Part shown: piece after piece, positions 19,073 to 28,587 of the stretch
Position numbering within the stretch: the first letter of the stretch is position 1
Layout: each line of letters opens with the position of its first letter
NCBI GenBank assembly: GCA_001786955.1
Contig: MFUM01000009.1
Coordinates: forward strand, 552-64,551
Direction of reading: 5' to 3'
Origin: Candidatus Nomurabacteria bacterium RIFCSPHIGHO2_12_FULL_42_19
Lineage (GTDB): Bacteria > Patescibacteriota > Minisyncoccia > Phycocordibacterales > UBA9973
DNA: 64,000 bases
Program-made: the position numbers and the translations under genes
The notes under the pieces: model-generated
Database searches by the model: none
Told to the model about the DNA's origin: nothing
Seen by the model: the letters and a program-made list of their open reading frames with translations, nothing else

Positions 19073-19758
19073 CAAACGATCCAAAAATCCTAGGCTTGGC
19101 GTTTTTGGGCGGAATTATTCCTTCTCTTTTGTGGCTATGGTTTTGGTTAAAAGAAGACGAAGAAAACCCCGAACCGAAAGGATTGCTCGCTTTAGTGTTT
19201 GTGATGGGTATGCTGGCTGTTGTGGTCGTCTTGCCGGTCCAAAAATTCATACAAGCCCATATAGGCTCATCCGAAGGCCAGCTGGTCCTCTGGGCCGGCG
19301 CGGAAGAAATATTGAAATATCTCGCCGTACTAATCATTCTCTTCAAGACAAATCATGCCAATGAACCCATAGATTGGCCGATTTATCTCATTACCGCGGC
19401 TCTAGGTTTTGCCGCATTGGAAAACTCCCTGTTCTTGATTAAGCCGCTTTCAGTAAGCGGGGCAACGGTAGGCCTGCTTACGGGCCAGCTCAGGTTTCTC
19501 GGGTCTACCCTTCTCCATACTGTTTCAAGCGGAACGATAGGCATTACTATAGGAATTTCGTTCTATATGGACGAATTTAGGAGAAAATGGTTTCTTTTTG
19601 TCGGTTTTTTGGTCGCTATTGCCTTGCATAGCGCCTTTAATTTTTTTATAATAAGGAATGACGGAAATGACTTTTTGAAAGTATTCGCGTTTTTGTGGGT
19701 CGTCACGATTATCGTTATGCTGCTTTTTGAAAAAGTGAGAAGGATGAGTACAAATTAA
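19060..19758 (+). CDS. PrsW family intramembrane glutamic protease
   Basis: PEP, AEEILK, ALGFAALEN, H...HSAFN. Confidence 0.9.
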   Translation: MAFLANDPKILGLAFLGGIIPSLLWLWFWLKEDEENPEPKGLLALVFVMGMLAVVVVLPVQKFIQAHIGSSEGQLVLWAGAEEILKYLAVLIILFKTNHANEPIDWPIYLITAALGFAALENSLFLIKPLSVSGATVGLLTGQLRFLGSTLLHTVSSGTIGITIGISFYMDEFRRKWFLFVGFLVAIALHSAFNFFIIRNDGNDFLKVFAFLWVVTIIVMLLFEKVRRMSTN

Positions 19759-19784
19759 AAGTTAATCGTTGCTTAAGAAAAATT

Positions 19785-20273
19785 ATGGAAAATAAAAAAA
19801 GAAGTTTTTTTGAAAGATTGACCGGAAGCATGAGTATGGAGGAAGAAAATTTAGAACCGAAAAAGGAGCATCTGATAAAAGGGGTCAAGTCGGAAAACGG
19901 AGATAAGAAAAATGGCAATCATTGGATTGAAGAGGAAAATGATGAGGCAGAATTGTCGGTTGATGTTTATCAGACGCCTACTGATATCATCATTCAGACA
20001 ATGGTTGCCGGAGTCAAGCCGGAGGATTTGGAATTATCGATTGCCCGGGATATGATTACCATTCGCGGACAGCGCGAGGAAAGCAGGACTATCGATGAAG
20101 ATAATTACTTTACAAAAGAGCTTTATTGGGGAAGATTTTCCCGCACTATATCACTCCCGGCGGAAGTGGAGCCGGAAGAAGTTGAAGCGACCGAAAAACA
20201 CGGCCTTCTAACTATCAAGCTTCAAAAAGTGGACAAAGAAAAGAAAAACAGTGTCCGGGTCAGGTCAATCTAG
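19785..20273 (+). CDS. Hsp20/alpha-crystallin small heat-shock protein
   Basis: LSVDVYQT, ELYWGRFSRTISLP, GLLTIKL. Confidence 0.93.
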   Translation: MENKKRSFFERLTGSMSMEEENLEPKKEHLIKGVKSENGDKKNGNHWIEEENDEAELSVDVYQTPTDIIIQTMVAGVKPEDLELSIARDMITIRGQREESRTIDEDNYFTKELYWGRFSRTISLPAEVEPEEVEATEKHGLLTIKLQKVDKEKKNSVRVRSI

Positions 20274-21517
20274 AAAGACCGGTTCGTGTTTTTTATCTCA
20301 ACTTTTTTAAGATAGAATATCCCAACAGTAGTAAAAATAGCCATAAACATTACGGCAATTCTATAACGTATTGGACCAAGGCCAATAAAAAGTGAAGTTA
20401 TCAAGCCCCATGACAACGGCCCGACGAGCGTTGAAATACGCTCGGCCAGAGTGTAAAAACTGAAACCAAAATTTAGTTTTTCTTTCGGACACAATGCCGT
20501 CATTGCTGCTCGTGACACCGTCCAGGTTGCACCAAAGAAAAAGCCCATCATAATAGATAAAATTATAAAAACAACAAAGTTGGAAATTATGCCCATAAGT
20601 GGAAATATTACTACCCAACTTCCAAGAATTATCATGAGAGCTTTTTTAAGACCAATTTTATCCGCCAGCCAACCGGTGAAAAATGCACCAATAGCTGAAG
20701 TAGCTAATATACCTATAAGAAGCATTGCTTTTGTACTATCAGAAACACCAAAAACTCTCTGCATGTATATGGAAAAATTATTTTGAGTTGTTATAATTGC
20801 ATCATTAAAAAAGAAAAAGGAAAGAAGGAATAGTCTTATATTTGGTTCTTTTATAAGTTCTTTAAACTGACCCCAGAAATTCTTATACTCTTCTTTCAAG
20901 CTAATTTTATTATAAGCTACTTCCGGTTTTGGTAATTTGAAAAACAAAAGCATTGGTATTGAGAGAATAAAAAATATAATAGTGGCTGGAAGAAATGTCT
21001 GTGCGCGACCAGCTTCACCAACAAGGTAGACTGCACCACTGGCAAGCGGTAGAGTTATTAAAAGTCCAGTAATTTGCCCTAGCCAATTTCCAGTTTGACC
21101 GATACCCGATATTCTTCCCCACCTTTCCGGTGGAGCAATATGATGTAAAAGCGCATTATAAAAAACAAAAGAAAACTGATAAAGATAGTTTGCGATTATA
21201 AAAAACAGGACTGCTAAAAATACTTGATGGGAAAAAAAGAGAGTTATAAATGACACGCCAAGAAAAGACAGGAAGGTCAAAACCGTAATCCAATTAAGAT
21301 AGTTTTGCTGTTTTCCATTTTTATCGGCAATACTTCCTAGAATTGGAGCGGTCAAAAGAAGCAAAATAGAACCAATTGTAAAAATCATATTATACCAAAA
21401 ATCAGAAACTCCCCTATCCACGACTAACCATTGCGAGAAATATAAAAAAAAGACAATAGTAGTTATTGAATTTGCAAAATCATAGAGAGCCCAAAAGAAA
21501 ATATTTTTCTTATTCAT
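20270..21517 (-). CDS. MFS transporter (ATG22/UMF1-like)
   Basis: WALYDFANS, FYNALL, GRISGIG, GWLADKIG; 12 TM. Confidence 0.9.
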   Translation of the reverse strand: MNKKNIFFWALYDFANSITTIVFFLYFSQWLVVDRGVSDFWYNMIFTIGSILLLLTAPILGSIADKNGKQQNYLNWITVLTFLSFLGVSFITLFFSHQVFLAVLFFIIANYLYQFSFVFYNALLHHIAPPERWGRISGIGQTGNWLGQITGLLITLPLASGAVYLVGEAGRAQTFLPATIIFFILSIPMLLFFKLPKPEVAYNKISLKEEYKNFWGQFKELIKEPNIRLFLLSFFFFNDAIITTQNNFSIYMQRVFGVSDSTKAMLLIGILATSAIGAFFTGWLADKIGLKKALMIILGSWVVIFPLMGIISNFVVFIILSIMMGFFFGATWTVSRAAMTALCPKEKLNFGFSFYTLAERISTLVGPLSWGLITSLFIGLGPIRYRIAVMFMAIFTTVGIFYLKKVEIKNTNRSF

Positions 21518-21522
21518 TTTTG

Positions 21523-21594
21523 TGCCTGGGGGCAGAATCGCACTGCCGACCTATCCCTCTTCAGGGGAGAGCTCTACTACTGAGCTACCCAGGC
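21523..21594 (-). tRNA. tRNA-Phe(GAA)
   Basis: gcctggg acceptor, ctccc-ctGAAga-gggat; T-loop TGCGATT; no encoded CCA. Confidence 0.88.
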
Positions 21595-21639
21595 ATGGTT
21601 ATTTAATAAACAACTATGCCTGGGTATTTATATACCGAA

Positions 21640-21696
21640 TGAGTCCCGACGCATTTAGGTCGGGAAGCCGACTGAAACGTCGGCTCTACCCAGGCA
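21640..21696 (-). repeat. tRNA-Phe 5' fragment interrupted by CCGAC double hairpin (downstream copy)
   Basis: gcctgggtag-[agccgacgtttcagtcggct tcccgacctaaatgcgtcggga]-ctca. Confidence 0.85.
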
Positions 21697-21957
21697 TCAC
21701 GATTTTATCTTGATAAAACCGTCTTTAATTATACTAGCAATATAATCATGTCTTTTCAACTTTTTTAGCTTAAATTCAATACTTCTAGCTTCTTTTAAGG
21801 TTTGATATTTTTGAGAAAAAATTAGTTTTAGTTTCCCTAATCTTTTAGTTGAAGGGGTATAGCCACCTAAATGGTGTTGCATTCTATCGTCCAAATCAAC
21901 AGTGCTACCTATGTAATACTTTCCATCTTCATTTTGTAATATATAAACAAATGCCAT
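21697..21957 (-). CDS. stand-alone GIY-YIG nuclease (UPF0213/YhbQ-like)
   Basis: FVYILQ...YYIGST...R...H...EA...E..LKK. Confidence 0.93.
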   Translation of the reverse strand: MAFVYILQNEDGKYYIGSTVDLDDRMQHHLGGYTPSTKRLGKLKLIFSQKYQTLKEARSIEFKLKKLKRHDYIASIIKDGFIKIKS

Positions 21958-21960
21958 AAA

Positions 21961-22020
21961 ACTGAGTCCCGACGCCCTTTGGGGTCGGGAGGCCGACCTA
22001 GCGTCGGCCCTACCCAGGCA
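21961..22020 (-). repeat. tRNA-Phe 5' fragment interrupted by CCGAC double hairpin (upstream copy)
   Basis: gcctgggtag-[ggccgacgctaggtcggcc tcccgaccccaaagggcgtcggga]-ctcagt. Confidence 0.85.
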
Positions 22021-22025
22021 ATTAC

Positions 22026-22271
22026 CTATTGGTTAAGCTGTCTAAAATTATTGAGCATATCGCCTGCCCCGCTATATACGCCTACTAACTGTTCCAAATA
22101 CGGCTGGATAAAATAATATGCGCCGATTGCGGAGCCGATTATAAACGCCCAATACAAGAAACTCATAATGCGCGACAGGCGCATAGAGCGATGCAACGAA
22201 CGCAACATACCGTTATTTTCTTCGGCCAGTTTGAAAGTGGCCTCAAGCAACTTCTTGGATTCAGGATCCAT
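22026..22271 (-). CDS. hypothetical single-TM protein
   Basis: 81 aa, LAEENN..LR then TM YW..IIG..IGAYYFIQPY. Confidence 0.75.
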   Translation of the reverse strand: MDPESKKLLEATFKLAEENNGMLRSLHRSMRLSRIMSFLYWAFIIGSAIGAYYFIQPYLEQLVGVYSGAGDMLNNFRQLNQ

Positions 22272-22338
22272 GAGTATAATTTAACATAAAATTTTAGAAA
22301 ATAAAAGAGATATTATTGCTCCTGGTGCAGAGTAATTA

Positions 22339-22539
22339 TTATCTTATCCTTTCCATAATCTTATTAAGCCAATATCTATATTCTCCTTGCTCAATCCATT
22401 TATTTTTCAAAGCCTCGGCTAAATTTGGCACATCATAAGTTCCTTTTTCTAATGAATCTAGAAATGCCTCCTTGGCCTGTTCTTCTGGGCTAAGGGTTCT
22501 TTGGTCCGGGCTTGGTTCCATTTGTGATTTCCCATTCAT
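22339..22539 (-). CDS. hypothetical protein
   Basis: 66 aa ORF filling the gap; no motif. Confidence 0.5.
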   Translation of the reverse strand: MNGKSQMEPSPDQRTLSPEEQAKEAFLDSLEKGTYDVPNLAEALKNKWIEQGEYRYWLNKIMERIR

Positions 22540-22582
22540 GGAAGTATTTTATCACATTTTTTTAAAAAAATCAATAAACGTG

Positions 22583-22654
22583 TGCCCTCGGCAGGAATTG
22601 AACCTACATCTATTCCTTAGGACGGAACTGTTCTATCCGTTGAACTACGAGGGC
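22583..22654 (-). tRNA. tRNA-Arg(CCT)
   Basis: gccctcg acceptor, gttcc-gtCCTaa-ggaat, GTTCAATTC; no encoded CCA. Confidence 0.9.
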
Positions 22655-22684
22655 ATATGGGAGCAATAATATATTAAGAATAGA

Positions 22685-22918
22685 TTAAAGTCCAAGCAGT
22701 TTAGCTATTTTCGGCCTGTCAAAACCGACAATAATTTCATTGCCGATGATTATGACCGGTACGCCCATCTGTCCGCTTTTTTCCATCATTTCTTTTCTTT
22801 TCTCAAGATCGCTGGCAACATTATGTTCCGTATAAGCGACATTGTTTGCCTTAAAAAAATCTTTGGCCATGTGACAAAAGTGGCAGGTTGGGGTCGAATA
22901 AATGGTTACGTTTTGCAT
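22685..22918 (-). CDS. glutaredoxin/NrdH-redoxin
   Basis: YSTPTCHFC, SGQMGVPVI, VGFD. Confidence 0.93.
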   Translation of the reverse strand: MQNVTIYSTPTCHFCHMAKDFFKANNVAYTEHNVASDLEKRKEMMEKSGQMGVPVIIIGNEIIVGFDRPKIAKLLGL

Positions 22919-22999
22919 AATTTTGAAAAATTAATTATTAATGAGTTTGCATTATAGCATACTTGCCCAAAAGGTAAAATAAAGTTATATTTTTTAGAT

Positions 23000-23073
23000 G
23001 CGAGTATGGTCTAGTGGTAGAATGCGACCTTCCCAAGGTTGAGACGGGGGTTCGATTCCCCCTACTCGCACCA
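23000..23073 (+). tRNA. tRNA-Gly(CCC)
   Basis: gcgagta acceptor, cgacc-ttCCCaa-ggttg, GTTCGATTC, encoded CCA. Confidence 0.94.
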
Positions 23074-23081
23074 GAAATATT

Positions 23082-25508
23082 TTAACCTTTTTGCTCTTTG
23101 TTGCTTAGCGCCATAATGATTTTAATGACCGTATCCGGATTAAGCGACATGCTCTCTATTCCCTCGGATACGAGGAATTGCGCGAATTCCGGATAGTCCG
23201 ACGGCGCTTGGCCACAAATACCGATATATTTATTTTTCTCTCTGCATTTGTGGATAATTTCGGCAATAAATTTCTTGACCGAAGGATTGTTTTCATTCGC
23301 GATATGAGTCACGATGCCGGAATCGCGGTCTAGTCCCAGGGTAAGCTGGGTCAAATCATTAGAGCCAATCGACATGCCGTCAAAAACTTCAAGAAATTCA
23401 TCCGCCAGAAGAATATTTGACGGAATTTCACACATTACGTAAATTTTCAAACTTTTGTCGTTGGCGCGGTCCAATCCATGTTCTTTCATTATTTCCACCA
23501 CTTTTTTCCCCTCTTCGGGCGTCCGGCAAAACGGAATCATCGGGACAACATTTATAAAACCCATATCTTCGCGCACTTTTTTCATCGCCATGCATTCAAG
23601 GCCGAAGGCCATTTTGAATTTCGGGTCATAATAACGGGATGCGCCGCGCCAGCCCAGCATTGGATTTTCTTCGTGCGGTTCATATAAAATACCGCCTAAA
23701 AGCGTGCGGTATTCATTTGTTTTAAAATCCGAAAAACGGATAATCACTTCATTCGGATAAAAGGTAGCCGCAATTTTTGCAATTCCCAAAGCAAGCTCGT
23801 CCACATAAAATTGCGTTTTATCTTCATACAAAGGCGTTAATTTTTCAATTTCTCCAAGTAATTTTCGTATGGCGGGAGTTTTTTTCCCCTCTTTCAATTT
23901 CTTGTAATCAATCAAGGCATTCGGATGAACGCGGATATGCGAAGCAATAATGAATTCCAACCTCCCCAAGCCAACCCCCTGCGCCGGAAGATAGTGATTT
24001 TTAAAAGCCTCGTCCGGAGAGCCGATATTTACCATAATTTTTGTCGCTATTTTGGGTATTTTGTCCAAATGATGCTCCATTATCTCAAACGGAATAATGC
24101 CCTCATAGACATTGCCCACCTGTCCCGGAGAAGCATCGACTGTCACTTCCTGCCCATTTTTCAACACTTTGGTGCTGACGCCGGTGCCAACGATGCAAGG
24201 AATGCCGAGCTCGCGCGATACGATGGCGGCATGAGAAGTGCGCCCTCCTTTATCCGTCACAATGGCTCCAGCAATTTTCATAATTGGTTCCCAGTCCGGA
24301 TCGGTAATTTCGGTTACCAGTACTTCTCCCTTTTTAAACAACGAAATATTTTTGGCATTGCGCAAAACACGGACCTTCCCGCTGCCGATTTTCGCCCCAA
24401 CCGCAATGCCGCTTGCCAATATCTTGCTTGTTTTTTGCAGTTTATATTCTTTCAGCACATTTTTGTCTTCTCCGGAAATAACCGTTTCCGGACGCGCCTG
24501 CACGATAAAAAGTTCGCCGGTTTTCCCGTCTTTGGCCCATTCAATATCCATCGGCTGATAATGTCCGTGCTTTTTTGAAAAATATTTTTCTATCTGGAAA
24601 CACCATTTTGCAAGCCGGACGGTTTCTTCGTCTGTAATGCAAAATTTTTGCTGATCCGGCAATGAAACTTTTTCCTGCTTCGTCCCATCTTTCGCATAAA
24701 CAAGCTTGATATTTTTCTTGCCGATATTTTTGCCAATGATAGGGTTTTGAACGCCATTTTCCAGCATCGGCTTAAAAACTATAAATTCATCGGGAATGAT
24801 TTTGCCCTGCACGATAAACTCGCCAAGACCGTATATGCCATTTATTAAAATAACTTTGTCAAAACCGGTTTCCGTATCAATAGTAAATGCCACACCCGAA
24901 GACGCAAGGTCAGAACGCACCATAAGCTGGATACCGACAGAAAGAGCCGCATCAAAATGGGAAAATCCCTTATCGGCCCGATATGAAATGGCCCGGTCGG
25001 TAAAAAGCGAAGCAATGCATTTTTTTGTCGCAATAAGAATATTTTCAATGCCATGGACATTGAGATAAGTCTCCTGCTGGCCGGCAAAAGAAGCGCCGGG
25101 AAGGTCTTCGGCTGTGGCCGATGAGCGGACGGCTACATCGCTGTTTTTTCCGTATTTTTCCCCTAATTTTTCATATGACCTGGCAACTGCGTCTTGCAGG
25201 TTCTGGGGCAAAACAGCCTCCAAGATTGCTTCACGGACTTTTTTCCCGCGAATTTGAAGATTGTGAATATCCTTCGTATTAATATCGGAAAGAATTTCTT
25301 TTATTTTTTCATCTAAACCTGTTTCTTTAAAAAAATGCCGGTAGGCATCAGCTGTCAGAGCAAAACCATCCGGCACACGGACACCAAGTGGCACAAGATT
25401 GGAATACATTTCCCCCAATGCGGCATTTTTGCCTCCCACGCTCGGAACATCGGCAATCCCCACTTCGCCATACCATTTCACAAAATTCTCTTTTTTTTCT
25501 TCTGCCAT
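23082..25508 (-). CDS. ppsA: phosphoenolpyruvate synthase
   Basis: VGGKNAALGEM, AVRSSATAED, QARPETV, GGRTSHAAIVSRE, SIGSNDLTQ. Confidence 0.97.
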   Translation of the reverse strand: MAEEKKENFVKWYGEVGIADVPSVGGKNAALGEMYSNLVPLGVRVPDGFALTADAYRHFFKETGLDEKIKEILSDINTKDIHNLQIRGKKVREAILEAVLPQNLQDAVARSYEKLGEKYGKNSDVAVRSSATAEDLPGASFAGQQETYLNVHGIENILIATKKCIASLFTDRAISYRADKGFSHFDAALSVGIQLMVRSDLASSGVAFTIDTETGFDKVILINGIYGLGEFIVQGKIIPDEFIVFKPMLENGVQNPIIGKNIGKKNIKLVYAKDGTKQEKVSLPDQQKFCITDEETVRLAKWCFQIEKYFSKKHGHYQPMDIEWAKDGKTGELFIVQARPETVISGEDKNVLKEYKLQKTSKILASGIAVGAKIGSGKVRVLRNAKNISLFKKGEVLVTEITDPDWEPIMKIAGAIVTDKGGRTSHAAIVSRELGIPCIVGTGVSTKVLKNGQEVTVDASPGQVGNVYEGIIPFEIMEHHLDKIPKIATKIMVNIGSPDEAFKNHYLPAQGVGLGRLEFIIASHIRVHPNALIDYKKLKEGKKTPAIRKLLGEIEKLTPLYEDKTQFYVDELALGIAKIAATFYPNEVIIRFSDFKTNEYRTLLGGILYEPHEENPMLGWRGASRYYDPKFKMAFGLECMAMKKVREDMGFINVVPMIPFCRTPEEGKKVVEIMKEHGLDRANDKSLKIYVMCEIPSNILLADEFLEVFDGMSIGSNDLTQLTLGLDRDSGIVTHIANENNPSVKKFIAEIIHKCREKNKYIGICGQAPSDYPEFAQFLVSEGIESMSLNPDTVIKIIMALSNKEQKG

Positions 25509-25518
25509 AAAAAATACT

Positions 25519-26781
25519 TTAATAATTGGTAATCTGTATTAACCTTTTGTATTTTACCATTCTTTCGGGTTTTGTCGGAGCGCCGGCTTTTAATCCAAAA
25601 CAATTAAAGGCATAAGCCAAATCAGCGATAAAATCATCGTCGGTTTCTTCGCCCCGGTGGCTGATAATTATTTCAATGTTATTTTCCCGGGCCAATCTCA
25701 TTGTTTCAAGGGTTTCGGTCAGTGTGCCGATTTGATTTGGCTTGATGATTACCGCATTTATACTCCCCTTTTCTATCGCTTTTTTAAGAAGCGTCTTATT
25801 TGAAACAGTTAAATCATCCCCCACTATCAATGAGTTCCTGTTTTTCTCCTTCAGTTCCCTGAAACTTTCAAAATCTTCTTCGTCAAACGGATCTTCAATG
25901 GAAAATAAATTAAATTCGTTAATCAGAGATTCATAGAGCTCCATCAGTTCTTTTTTGGAAATATCTTCCCCGCTGATTTTATAAATGCCATTCCCGCTTG
26001 CGCGGACAGGTTCATAAAAAGACGAAGCGGCGGCATCCAGAGCCAGCCGAACTTTATCCTGCAAATTATTTTGCCTGATAGCCTCAGTTAAAAAAACAAG
26101 CGGCTTCCAAACATCCGCGACTTTCAGGGCGAAACCTCCCTCGTCGCCCAATATAAGAGATTCTTCTCCCAAATCCCTGCCAATAATTTTTCTCAGCGTA
26201 TCCTGTATTTTAATTCCAATACCGACAGCTTCGGAAATATTCTCCGTATCGGGCATGATAAGATATTCCTGAAAAGCTAAAACACTGCCGGCGTGCTTGC
26301 CGCCTTCAAGCAGATTCATAAAAAGATATGGTGCTTTGCGCGAGGGTTTTATTTCCGCCAGAGTTTGCAAATATTGATACACTTCTTGGCCGGTAACTTT
26401 GGCCGCTGCTTTTACGCAGGCAATACTGACACCAATCATGGAATTACCGCCTAAATTGTTTTTATTCGGAGTGCCGTCCAGTTCAAGCATAATTTTATCT
26501 ACTTCTTTTTGGTTTAAAATATCTTTGCCGATCAGGGCTTTTGATATTATTTCATTTACGTTAAAAATCGCCTTTCTGTTTTCCATGACTCGCGCCTCAT
26601 GAATGCCCGTGCTTGCTCCGGACGGTACGGAAAAACTATCCGATATATCCCCGGCCCCCGCCTTCGCTAAAGCTTCGGACGGGCAAGCAAACACTGTCAC
26701 TTTTATTGTCGGATTTCCTCGCGAATCTTTAATTTCTTCCGCTTCGATTTTACTAATCGGATAATTAAATTCCGGAATCAT
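25519..26781 (-). CDS. eno: enolase
   Basis: DSRGNPT, VPSGASTG, GDEGGF, IEDPFDE, VGDDL, IKPNQIGTLTE. Confidence 0.95.
   Translation of the reverse strand: MIPEFNYPISKIEAEEIKDSRGNPTIKVTVFACPSEALAKAGAGDISDSFSVPSGASTGIHEARVMENRKAIFNVNEIISKALIGKDILNQKEVDKIMLELDGTPNKNNLGGNSMIGVSIACVKAAAKVTGQEVYQYLQTLAEIKPSRKAPYLFMNLLEGGKHAGSVLAFQEYLIMPDTENISEAVGIGIKIQDTLRKIIGRDLGEESLILGDEGGFALKVADVWKPLVFLTEAIRQNNLQDKVRLALDAAASSFYEPVRASGNGIYKISGEDISKKELMELYESLINEFNLFSIEDPFDEEDFESFRELKEKNRNSLIVGDDLTVSNKTLLKKAIEKGSINAVIIKPNQIGTLTETLETMRLARENNIEIIISHRGEETDDDFIADLAYAFNCFGLKAGAPTKPERMVKYKRLIQITNY
25993..26010 (-). repeat. CYTG-hairpin element, in frame in eno (PVRASG)
   Basis: cctg-tccgc-gcaa-gcggg, 18 bp; removal restores SFYENGIY. 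Confidence 0.8.
26656..26688 (-). repeat. CYTG-hairpin element, in frame in eno (ACPSEALAKAG)
   Basis: cttg-cccgtccgaagctttagcgaaggcggg; close relative of 930-959. Confidence 0.85.
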
Positions 26782-26820
26782 ATACTTCTAATTTTACCAC
26801 ATTTTTGATACTATTAAAAT

Positions 26821-27960
26821 ATGTTGAACGAACTAATTACTGCCAGAAACTACATAATACACCTAAAATATAAATGGATTTTAAAGCCTATTTTTTTTAA
26901 AATTGACCCGGAGATAATTCACGACTGGATGACTGTTTTCTTGCACTTTTTGGGAAAATACGCCCTAACCAGGAAAATAGCTTATTTCTGCTTCGGTTAT
27001 TCAAACTCAATGCTTGAACAAAATATTCTGGGCATAAATTTCAAAAATCCCGTCGGTCTTTCGGCCGGTTTTGATAAAAACGCGGCATTGATAGATATTG
27101 CCCCCTCTTTAGGTTTTGGCTTTACGGAAGTCGGTTCAATTACCGGCGAACCGTGTCCGGGCAATCCCAAACCGCGCCTTTGGCGGTTAAAAAAATCAAA
27201 ATCTTTGGCTGTTTATTACGGCTTGACAAATAACGGCTGTGAAAATATTTCTGAAAAATTAACCGGAAAAAGTTTTACTATTCCGGTAGGCATTAATATC
27301 GCGAAAACCAACTGCAAAGAAACAGCTGACACCGCTAGAGCTATTGCGGATTATTTCAAAGCCTATAAAATTTTCACCAATATCGGCGGCTACATGACGA
27401 TAAATATCAGTTGCCCGAATGCTTTCGGCGGCCAGCCTTTTACTGATAATGCCAAGCTTAATGCATTGTTGGAAAAAATTATGTCTATTCCCAAAAGGAA
27501 GCCAATTTTTTTAAAAATATCGCCGGATTTAAATAAAAAAGAAGTTGACGATATAATCGATATCGCGTCTAAATTCAAGATTGACGGGTTTATCTGCACC
27601 AACCTGACAAAAAATCGCAACAATAAAAATATTATGGATAAAGTGGTTCCGGAACAAGGCGGGCTAAGCGGGAAAGTTTTAGACAGTTTGTCCGACGATT
27701 TAATTAGATATGTTTATAAAAAAACCAATGACCCGCGCCAGGGCGGGGCAGGCAAATTTATCATTATCGGTTCCGGCGGAGTATTTAATGCAGAAGACGC
27801 TTATAGGAAAATCAAGTTGGGTGCAAGCCTTATAGAACTCATCACAGGGATGATTTTTGAGGGACCTCAGCTAATCAGCGATATAAACTTGGGACTGGTT
27901 AAACTTCTAAAAAAAGACGGCTATAAAAACATTTCCGAAGCAATCGGGAAAAAAAATTAA
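26821..27960 (+). CDS. pyrD: quinone-dependent dihydroorotate dehydrogenase
   Basis: NPVGLSAGFDKN, GNPKPRLWRL, INISCPN, LKISPD, GGLSG. Confidence 0.95.
   Translation: MLNELITARNYIIHLKYKWILKPIFFKIDPEIIHDWMTVFLHFLGKYALTRKIAYFCFGYSNSMLEQNILGINFKNPVGLSAGFDKNAALIDIAPSLGFGFTEVGSITGEPCPGNPKPRLWRLKKSKSLAVYYGLTNNGCENISEKLTGKSFTIPVGINIAKTNCKETADTARAIADYFKAYKIFTNIGGYMTINISCPNAFGGQPFTDNAKLNALLEKIMSIPKRKPIFLKISPDLNKKEVDDIIDIASKFKIDGFICTNLTKNRNNKNIMDKVVPEQGGLSGKVLDSLSDDLIRYVYKKTNDPRQGGAGKFIIIGSGGVFNAEDAYRKIKLGASLIELITGMIFEGPQLISDINLGLVKLLKKDGYKNISEAIGKKN
27731..27752 (-). repeat. CYTG-hairpin element, in frame (antisense) in pyrD (DPRQGGA)
   Basis: minus strand cctg-ccccgccctggcgcgggt; removing 21 bp restores KTNGKFIIIG. 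Confidence 0.75.
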
Positions 27961-28007
27961 AAACAGAAAACAAAATCTAAATTCTTTAATATACAATATA
28001 TGATATA

Positions 28008-28535
28008 TTAAGGAAAAGTTTTATTTATTTTATCATAACCAAGTTCTATTGCACGATTGACGGACTTCCTCAAAAAGTATCTCCAGTGGTCACGGTCTTC
28101 GTTCCTGGTGTGGGACTCCCAATTGGACAAAATTTCTTCCGGAGTCGCCCAAGCCAAGGTAAATTTTTCATGCTCTTCGAGTCTGGTCGGTATTAAATTA
28201 TTGCTTTTAAGTATCACTAGAAAACAGGTGGCATCCGCGATACGGTCTACGTTTTTTAAAGTATTGTGAAAATGACACAAGGCCTCAGCTATTTTTTCAA
28301 CATGCAAAAAATCATGCAAACCGCTCTCTTCGGTAATTTCTCTTAAGACCCCGTTTTTTATATCTTCTTCGGAACTTACACCTCCTCCAAAAAGACCAAA
28401 TTTACCATCATCTTGCTTCTTGCTAACGGCATATTTTTGTGTTTGTGGGTCAAAAATAACCCCGCATCCACCGTCTCTCCGTTCTTCATTTTTTCTCTTA
28501 ATTCCAAATTCCGGAATATTACTCGAATCATTCAT
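28008..28535 (-). CDS. NUDIX hydrolase
   Basis: GGGVSSEEDIKNGVLREITEESGL Nudix box; start moved to MNDSS. Confidence 0.88.
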   Translation of the reverse strand: MNDSSNIPEFGIKRKNEERRDGGCGVIFDPQTQKYAVSKKQDDGKFGLFGGGVSSEEDIKNGVLREITEESGLHDFLHVEKIAEALCHFHNTLKNVDRIADATCFLVILKSNNLIPTRLEEHEKFTLAWATPEEILSNWESHTRNEDRDHWRYFLRKSVNRAIELGYDKINKTFP

Positions 28536-28587
28536 ATAATGATTTATAGTTTTCTTAATATACAATATACTGTATGTTAAAGATTTT

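Noticed and set aside
21586..22020. Repeated ctacccaggca as CRISPR repeats or a prophage att site
   Set aside because: Irregular spacing, the match is to the tRNA 5' end rather than the 3' end, and there is no integrase.
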